A stretch of DNA of 38,649 bases from an uncultured Candidatus Melainabacteria bacterium (GTDB lineage: Bacteria > Cyanobacteriota > Vampirovibrionia > Gastranaerophilales > Gastranaerophilaceae). Below the pieces are notes generated by a model, which was given only the letters and a program-made list of their open reading frames with translations, had not been told where the DNA came from and ran no database searches. The stretch covers positions 1 to 38,649 of the forward strand of contig CAMHMW010000001.1 of assembly GCA_946186335.1 (NCBI GenBank), read 5' to 3'. Of this stretch, positions 32,845 through 38,649 are shown piece by piece; the first letter of the stretch is position 1; every line of letters begins with the position of its first letter. A program made the translations under genes and the position numbers.

Positions 32845-34830
32845 ATGTCCATTAAGAAACTAACTCTGGCAGCTGCGATTGCCGTTGGAATATCAACGTG
32901 TTCCTTAACTCCGGTAATGGCAGCCTGCCCTTGTTCAGCACAGGAGCCGACCCCTGTTGTTACAGGACCGGCATGTCCCGTGACAACAGCACCGTCAACA
33001 ACGTGTAACAGGTGTAAAAAACCAAAATCTGACTGTAAATGTAAAAAACAGCGTTATCGCAAAACAAAAGGCTGTAATGATGATATCAGTTGTAACAAAA
33101 CAACAGGACCATCCTCAACCTTATGTCCACAGTCGGGGAAACCTGATAGAGCGGATATGAAACAGGTTTACGGCTATCCGCAGGCAATTTACGGTTCTAA
33201 TAACTATGTAGGTGAACCTGCAAACTCTATTCTTTCAACAGAAACCGCAATGAACGGTATTAACTCCCCCGCAGACGGCATGTTGTCTTCTGTCAGCGGA
33301 GCAACCGTTGCAAGAGATTGTAACTGCCAAACAGGTGCTGCGGCACAATTACCCTGCTTAAACGGATGTCCGAATACTGGCAGTGGCGCAATAGTAAACA
33401 GAGATAACAGAACTATGGATGGTGCATCCTGTCCTATTGATTTTCAGTCTGCAAACTCAATTGAAGCGATGAAAAAATCTTATGTTCCTTATGAGTTGCC
33501 GAAACAGGAAATAACCGGTGCGGCTTCCCCTTTAGGAGGGTGCATGTTCCCTGATGTCCCAAACAGCCATTGGGCAGCATGCGATATTGATAAACTGGCA
33601 ATAAATGATATTGTTGTCGGTTATCCGGACGGGCTGTTCAAGCCTAATAAAAACATATCACGTGCGGAATTTGCAACAATGCTTGTAAAAGGATTTAATC
33701 TTACCCCGAGTTATGGTGCAAGAACGAAGTTTACCGATGTTGCGCAGAACAACTGGGCTAATGCCGCAATAGTCAAGGCTGTTGACGAAGATTTGCTTGC
33801 AGGGTATCCGAATAAAACTTTCAGACCGAAAGCCCCAGTCACACGAGTTGAGGCTTTGGCATCAATTGCCAAAGGTATGACTTGTGATATTGACCAGTGC
33901 AAGGCTGATGAAATTCTGAGTCATTATTCTGACGGAAACAAAATCCCGAACTGGGCAAGAATCCCTGTTGCAAAATCTTTGCAGAGCGGTGCGCTGAAAG
34001 ATTCACCTGTTCCGAATATGATTATGCCGAACAAAGATGCTTCCCGTGCTGATATTGCTTCTATGATGCAAACAGTTCGTGTTGCGCTTGGTTATGACAT
34101 AAATCCGAAAACTGCAAATGCGGCTTGTCCGATTTGCCCGAGTGAAAACCTGTTTGCCGAACACGAAGAAATCGTGAAAATTCCGACACTTAAACTTTCA
34201 ATGATAGACCAGATTACCGCAAAATCTTCTCACGTAGGTCAGTATTTCAGAGCAAATACGTTAGAGGATGTCACAATTAACGGGGTTACATATCCCTGCG
34301 GTTCAACTGTTACAGGTCAGGTGGTTGAAGTTATAAGACCGTCAGGATGTAATAAAGGCGCATTGAAACTTGCGTTTACGGAAATCAAACACGGTGACTG
34401 CAAAACAAAATTACCAAAACAAATTTTGCAAGCACAGGTTAACAAATCAAAACGTGTAAATATTGTGGCAAGACTTGTTGAAATGCCGTTTACATGGGCA
34501 GGGTCGTTAGTCGGTGTTGTCGGCAGAACGGCAGGCGGTATCTTAACTAATGTCGGTAATGCAGCAGAGAATGTTTCAAACAATGCCGGCTATATGCTGG
34601 GTCATACTTTCCAGGGGCAATTCGGTGCTGCTGCACGCAACCTCGGAGAAGGTCTGTACGAAACGGCAAAGGCACCTGTTGACGCAACAAGAACTGCTTT
34701 ATCCGGTACTATGGGCTTATTCCAGACAACAGGGGATGAATTTGCTTACCTTGTTGACCCGAAAGGTTCAAAAATATCCGCAGTTAACCCAAGAGAACAC
34801 ATAACAATAGCCTTTGGTTGTGCTGAATAA
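32845..34830 (+). CDS. Secreted SLH-domain envelope protein: signal peptide, Cys/Lys-rich region, three SLH repeats, beta-rich C-terminal domain, Gly-rich tail
   Basis: The ATG at 32845 follows AAGGAGG (5-nt spacer), so the track start at 32782 is an extension. The signal peptide is MSIKKLTLAAAIAVGISTCSLTPVMA. The SLH repeats are listed separately. Confidence 0.8.
   Translation: MSIKKLTLAAAIAVGISTCSLTPVMAACPCSAQEPTPVVTGPACPVTTAPSTTCNRCKKPKSDCKCKKQRYRKTKGCNDDISCNKTTGPSSTLCPQSGKPDRADMKQVYGYPQAIYGSNNYVGEPANSILSTETAMNGINSPADGMLSSVSGATVARDCNCQTGAAAQLPCLNGCPNTGSGAIVNRDNRTMDGASCPIDFQSANSIEAMKKSYVPYELPKQEITGAASPLGGCMFPDVPNSHWAACDIDKLAINDIVVGYPDGLFKPNKNISRAEFATMLVKGFNLTPSYGARTKFTDVAQNNWANAAIVKAVDEDLLAGYPNKTFRPKAPVTRVEALASIAKGMTCDIDQCKADEILSHYSDGNKIPNWARIPVAKSLQSGALKDSPVPNMIMPNKDASRADIASMMQTVRVALGYDINPKTANAACPICPSENLFAEHEEIVKIPTLKLSMIDQITAKSSHVGQYFRANTLEDVTINGVTYPCGSTVTGQVVEVIRPSGCNKGALKLAFTEIKHGDCKTKLPKQILQAQVNKSKRVNIVARLVEMPFTWAGSLVGVVGRTAGGILTNVGNAAENVSNNAGYMLGHTFQGQFGAAARNLGEGLYETAKAPVDATRTALSGTMGLFQTTGDEFAYLVDPKGSKISAVNPREHITIAFGCAE
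33547..34089 (+). other. Three tandem S-layer-homology (SLH) repeats
   Basis: FPDVPNSHWAACDIDKL...GYPDGLFKPNKNISRAEFATMLVK; FTDVAQNNWANAAIVKAV...GYPNKTFRPKAPVTRVEALASIAK; YSDGNKIPNWARIPVAKSL...MPNKDASRADIASMM. Confidence 0.8.
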
Positions 34831-34858
34831 TTAGTCCTTTCTCGGTTATAGATAAAAG

Positions 34859-34890
34859 AAACGGCGGATGTAATATACATCCGCCGTTTT
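34859..34890. terminator. Bidirectional rho-independent terminator
   Basis: AAACGGCGGATG (34859-34870), a 7-nt loop and CATCCGCCGTTT (34878-34889) form a perfect 12-bp stem between convergent genes. Confidence 0.85.
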
Positions 34891-34905
34891 CTAATTCCTT
34901 GATAC

Positions 34906-36228
34906 TTAGCGTAAATATCTGAAATACAGATAAACCGAACTTAAAGCCAACGATATAAATACAATTAAGCATCCGTATTTCATAAACCTTAAAAATGAAA
35001 TCTTATGTCCGTGAGATGCTGCGGTTTCGCTGACCAAAACATTTGCGGCTGCCCCGATAATTGTAAGATTTCCGCCTAAACATGCACCCAAAGATAATGC
35101 CCACCAAAGAGCATGAACAGGACCTGTCATTGCGTTCGGGTTAGCAGGATTTATGAGTTCGGAAATCAGAGGTGCCATAGTTGCGGTATATGGAATGTTA
35201 TCTATTATGCCGGAGAGTATTCCCGATGCCCATAAAATTATCATTGTTGCGGCTTCAATACTTCCATGAGTAAGGACAATCAATTGATCCGCAAGGAATT
35301 TTATTCCGCCGTTAGCCTCAAATCCGCCTATGATAATGAACAGACCAATGAAGAAAAATATTGTCAGCCATTCAACATCACGATAGATTTCTTTCGGTTT
35401 TTCAAACAATAGCAGGAAAGATGCCCCCGCAACCGCAAACACGAATGCCGAAATATGTGTTATATCGTGAGTTACAAACCCTAATATAACAAGTGCCAGA
35501 GTTATGACAGAACGAATCATAAGTCCTTTATCGGTAATTGTGTTTGAATTATCAAGATTTGCAATATGTGCCATTTTTTCAGGAGTTGCTTTTAAGTGTT
35601 TCCTGAAAATAAAAATAAGTATTCCTATAGAAATCATAAATATTATAAATACTATCGGGGTGAGTTCTCTGACAAAATCCATAAAACTCAGTCCTGCACG
35701 TGTTCCGATAATAATGTTCGGGGGATCTCCGATTAGTGTTGCAGTACCGCCGATATTTGATGCAAGAACCTCTGTTATTAAAAACGGAACAGGGTCAGTT
35801 TCAAATTCTTTTGCAATTACAAATGTAATTGGCATCATTAAAACAACAGTCGTTACGTTATCTAAAAAAGCTGATGCAAACGCCGTAAATGCGGCAAGTG
35901 CGAACAAAACCGTTTTCGGATGTCCTTTTGTTGCTTTTAACAAGTTTATAGCCATCCATTTAAAAACTCCGCTGCGACTTGCAATATGGACAATTATCAT
36001 CATTCCGATAAGTAAAAATATAACTTCAAAATCAACGTATTCAAATACTCCTTTTACGTTGTTTTCAAGGTTTAGTGTCAATGGAACAAGTCCCAAAAGC
36101 ATTGTCAAAGATGCCCCGACAAGTGCAACGACAGATTTTTGTATTTTTTCGCTGGCAATAAATATGTATGCAATCAGAAGTATAGCACCTGATATTATCA
36201 TTCCATGCGTTTGTATAAAGTCTATCAT
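34906..36228 (-). CDS. ArsB/NhaD-superfamily anion/ion permease
   Basis: 440 aa with about 11-12 TM segments. GGTATLIGDPPNIIIG and GGNLTIIGAAANV are symmetric motifs typical of this superfamily. SD AAGAGG is upstream. Confidence 0.7.
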   Translation of the reverse strand: MIDFIQTHGMIISGAILLIAYIFIASEKIQKSVVALVGASLTMLLGLVPLTLNLENNVKGVFEYVDFEVIFLLIGMMIIVHIASRSGVFKWMAINLLKATKGHPKTVLFALAAFTAFASAFLDNVTTVVLMMPITFVIAKEFETDPVPFLITEVLASNIGGTATLIGDPPNIIIGTRAGLSFMDFVRELTPIVFIIFMISIGILIFIFRKHLKATPEKMAHIANLDNSNTITDKGLMIRSVITLALVILGFVTHDITHISAFVFAVAGASFLLLFEKPKEIYRDVEWLTIFFFIGLFIIIGGFEANGGIKFLADQLIVLTHGSIEAATMIILWASGILSGIIDNIPYTATMAPLISELINPANPNAMTGPVHALWWALSLGACLGGNLTIIGAAANVLVSETAASHGHKISFLRFMKYGCLIVFISLALSSVYLYFRYLR

Positions 36229-36267
36229 CTTTACCTCTTAATAAATGTATATTATATAACCTTGTTA

Positions 36268-36276
36268 ATTATATCA
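36268..36276 (-). promoter_or_regulatory. Candidate extended -10 element (TGaTATAAT) for the permease gene
   Basis: The minus strand reads TGATATAAT about 40 nt upstream of the ATG at 36228. There is no convincing -35. Confidence 0.3.
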
Positions 36277-36285
36277 CAAACAAAG

Positions 36286-37653
36286 TTACAGTTGATGCAT
36301 TATTAGTGCATAAATATCATTACCGATAAGTAAAAATGCAAGAATTATTATAAGTACAAAAAATACCGTACTTGTCCACTCAATGACTTTTTCGCTGACG
36401 GGTTTCCCTCTCAGAGTTTCAATCATCATAAACATAAAGTGACCGCCGTCAAGTGCCGGTATGGGCAAGAAATTCAAAATAGCAAGCCAGGCGGAAATTA
36501 TTGCCGTCAGCAATAGTCCGGAGGACATTCCGCCATGAGATATTACATCTCCGCCGATTTTTGCAACTGCCACAATTCCATGAACTTCTTTTGCCGGAAT
36601 TTTACCCGTAATTAACTGCCAAAATCCGTATATTTGCATTACGGTCTGTTTTACAAGATAATCCGTTCCGCCTTTTATAATCTGCGGGAAGGTTTTTGTT
36701 TTGACTGTAATTGCTTCAACCCTTGGCATAATTCCGATTAAGCCCTGTTTGTTCGGATAAATTGTTTTCAGGGTAAGGACTTTTCCTTTTCTTTCAACCG
36801 TAATATCTAACGGTCTGTAATTATCTGATACTGCATAAGCAATGTCATTAAGAGTTGTTTCTCCGTCTGCCGTATATTCAGATTTACCATATATTTCATC
36901 TCTCAGTTTTATTTGATTTTCGCTGAGTTTTAACCGTTTATCTTTATAAAATGCCAAACCCTGAAGAATTTCATCATCCAGATGAATTGCCGGTTCATTT
37001 TCAAAAGGTGCAAGTTTTACCACAACCCCTTTATCTATTTTAACATCCGGTACAAGACCTATATTCAGCCCTTCCAGTTCGCTGAGGTTATCTTCATAAA
37101 CTTCTTCGTCAACTTTGCCGTCAAATTGTGCACTGTTTTTGGCATAGAGTGTAAGTGCATAATGAGATTCTATTTTTGAACCGTTTATGGTTAAGATTTT
37201 ATCACCTTTTTTTAGTCCGCTGTTCCATACGGATTCTCCTTTATCTGCAAGTATTTTACCGACATAAACATTGGCCTTTCCTGAGGGCAGTTCCCCCCAG
37301 ATACCTGCAACCAGAAATACGAGTAAAAATGCAACAACAAGGTTTGTCAGAACCCCTGCCGATATTACTATAATTCTTTTCCAGACAGGTGCGTTTGCAA
37401 ATCTCTCGGGGGAATCAGGCGGAAGTTCGGAATCTTTTTCATCATCGGGAAATGCCACATATCCGCCCAAAAGACAGGCATGAATCAAGTATTCGACATC
37501 TCCGATTTTTTTACTCCACAGTGTAGGACCTATCGGAAATCCTATTGCAAATTTTGAAACTTTAATTCCCAGAGAGCGGGCAGCGATAAAATGCCCCATT
37601 TCGTGAACGAGAATTAAAAATCCTAAAAGTAATATCATTATTATAACTGACAT
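36286..37653 (-). CDS. rseP: Site-2 (RIP) zinc metalloprotease RseP
   Basis: HEMGHFIAAR (HExxH), a central PDZ-like region, and NFLPIPALDGGH. SD GGGAGAGAGG is upstream. Confidence 0.9.
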   Translation of the reverse strand: MSVIIMILLLGFLILVHEMGHFIAARSLGIKVSKFAIGFPIGPTLWSKKIGDVEYLIHACLLGGYVAFPDDEKDSELPPDSPERFANAPVWKRIIVISAGVLTNLVVAFLLVFLVAGIWGELPSGKANVYVGKILADKGESVWNSGLKKGDKILTINGSKIESHYALTLYAKNSAQFDGKVDEEVYEDNLSELEGLNIGLVPDVKIDKGVVVKLAPFENEPAIHLDDEILQGLAFYKDKRLKLSENQIKLRDEIYGKSEYTADGETTLNDIAYAVSDNYRPLDITVERKGKVLTLKTIYPNKQGLIGIMPRVEAITVKTKTFPQIIKGGTDYLVKQTVMQIYGFWQLITGKIPAKEVHGIVAVAKIGGDVISHGGMSSGLLLTAIISAWLAILNFLPIPALDGGHFMFMMIETLRGKPVSEKVIEWTSTVFFVLIIILAFLLIGNDIYALIMHQL

Positions 37654-37710
37654 TTATTTACCTCTCTCCCTATCCCTCTACCGCAAGGGGTGAGGAAATA
37701 GAGTTATTAT

Positions 37711-38649
37711 TTATCCCTTAAATTGTTCCAAAAATCTTACATCATCATTAAAGAATAATCTTATATCATCAATAGCATATTTCAGCATGGCAAGTCTTTC
37801 AACCCCCATACCGAAAGCAAAACCGGAATAAACATCAGGGTCAATTCCGACACCTCTCAATACGTTCGGGTCAACCATGCCTGCCCCTAAAATTTCAAGC
37901 CAACCTGTTCCTGAGCATGTGCGGCAACCTTTTCCTTCGCACATAATACACTGAACATCAACTTCTGCTGACGGTTCCGTGAACGGGAAAAAACTGTTTC
38001 TGAATCTTGTCGGACGGCTTGCTCCGAAGTATATTCTGATAAATTCGTTTAAAACCCCTTTCAAATCTCCGAAAGTAATATCTTTATCAACATAAAGACC
38101 TTCTATCTGGTGGAAGAAATTATTTTTGCGGGCATTTATGTTTTCATTTCTGTAAACTCTGCCCGGTGCAATAATTCGGATAGGCGGTTTTTGGTTTTCC
38201 ATAACGTGAATTTGAGCGCCTGATGTCTGGCTTCTCAATACAACATTTTTTGCTATATTTGTATAGAAAGTATCCTGAACGTCACGTGCGGGGTGGTCTT
38301 TGGGTACGTTTAACATATCAAAGTTAAAGTATTCTGTTTCAACTTCCGGTGAACATTCGTTCGGGGCAACAGAAAACCCAAGACTCTGAAAAATTGAAAC
38401 AATTTCATTCGTTGTTGATGTCAGCGGATGAACATGTCCGTGTGGAGTGTATTGTCCCGGCAGGGTTATATCAATTTTTTCTTTTTCAAGTTTTTGGTTT
38501 AATTCTTTAATATAAAATGCCTGAAATTTTTCGGATATGGATTTTTCAAGTTTTTGGCTTATTTCGTTGGCAAGTGAGCCGACAATTCTTTTATCTTCAT
38601 CGGATAAGTCTTTCAGCCCCTTTTTTATTTCGTTAAATTCGCCTTTGCG
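37711..38649 (-). CDS. pheS: Phenylalanine--tRNA ligase alpha subunit, 5'-truncated by the window end
   Basis: The track shows only 37711..38316, but the frame stays open to nt 38649 (…RKGEFNEIKKGLKDLSDEDKRIVGSLANE…HVHPLTSTTNEIVSIFQSLGF…). Class II motifs are PKDHPARDVQDTFY, FRNE(N) and GFAFGMGVERLAM. Confidence 0.9.
   Translation of the reverse strand, partial: RKGEFNEIKKGLKDLSDEDKRIVGSLANEISQKLEKSISEKFQAFYIKELNQKLEKEKIDITLPGQYTPHGHVHPLTSTTNEIVSIFQSLGFSVAPNECSPEVETEYFNFDMLNVPKDHPARDVQDTFYTNIAKNVVLRSQTSGAQIHVMENQKPPIRIIAPGRVYRNENINARKNNFFHQIEGLYVDKDITFGDLKGVLNEFIRIYFGASRPTRFRNSFFPFTEPSAEVDVQCIMCEGKGCRTCSGTGWLEILGAGMVDPNVLRGVGIDPDVYSGFAFGMGVERLAMLKYAIDDIRLFFNDDVRFLEQFKG

Noticed and set aside
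35504-36241. 245-aa plus-strand ORF
   Set aside because: It lies entirely antisense to the ArsB/NhaD-type permease gene and has no SD. Its Ile/Ser/Thr/Phe-rich low-complexity translation is typical of the shadow frame of a membrane-protein gene. The minus-strand product has clear family motifs.
37654-37710. Hairpin-like CCTC...GAGG element between pheS and rseP, considered as a terminator
   Set aside because: The stem is short and bulged and has no U-run on the transcribed strand. The region mainly provides the rseP SD (GGGAGAGAGG).
1-38649. Search for CRISPR arrays, tRNA/rRNA genes, IS elements, integrases, prophage or known defence-system genes
   Set aside because: I saw no regularly spaced direct repeats and no GC-rich cloverleaf-sized intergenic segments. 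No transposase, integrase or recombinase-like ORFs are present. All intergenic hairpins are explained as terminators.

Overview
This is an AT-rich, densely coding bacterial chromosomal window, and most of it is housekeeping. Genes I recognise from motifs read by eye are comEC, pilT, recO, an alanine/glycine:cation symporter, a MalG-type ABC permease, a DPP-III-like Zn peptidase, folE2, mazG, murT, pdxJ, a ytxH/ytxG-like stress cluster, pgpH-ybeY-dgkA, surE, an ArsB/NhaD-type permease, rseP and pheS (cut by the window end). I found no rRNA, tRNA, CRISPR array, transposase, integrase or recognisable defence or toxin-antitoxin module. The gene content suggests a low-GC diderm such as Melainabacteria/Vampirovibrionia or Negativicutes: an SLH-domain envelope protein, PdxJ, SurE, type IV pilus PilT with ComEC, and Firmicute-like ytx and pgpH-ybeY-dgkA clusters. 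That placement is inference only. Four candidates look most novel. (1) A protein of more than 1,480 aa, open at the 5' window edge (nt 3-4529), carries two tandem calpain-type cysteine-protease cores, one Cys-His-Asn and one Cys-His-Asp. Each core follows a duplicated ~54-aa module. A conserved 'EAPGG-F-x-D-[KR]-x-[KR]-K-[IM]-F' linker recurs at three module boundaries, and a small helical protein with its own promoter lies downstream. (2) A tandem pair of 10-TM permease paralogues (5034-7032) has Cys/His-rich central loops. One copy has Cys and the other Ser at both pseudo-symmetric sites. (3) A secreted SLH-domain protein (32845-34830) has a Cys/Lys-rich N-terminus, a non-porin beta-rich C-terminal domain and a Gly-rich tail. 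(4) Several unplaceable small genes and possible RNA elements occur around 30.6-32.6 kb, including a 50-aa ORF absent from the track, plus a hypothetical gene pair at 22.3-23.2 kb. All functional calls come from motif recognition and need HMM or structure searches to confirm.
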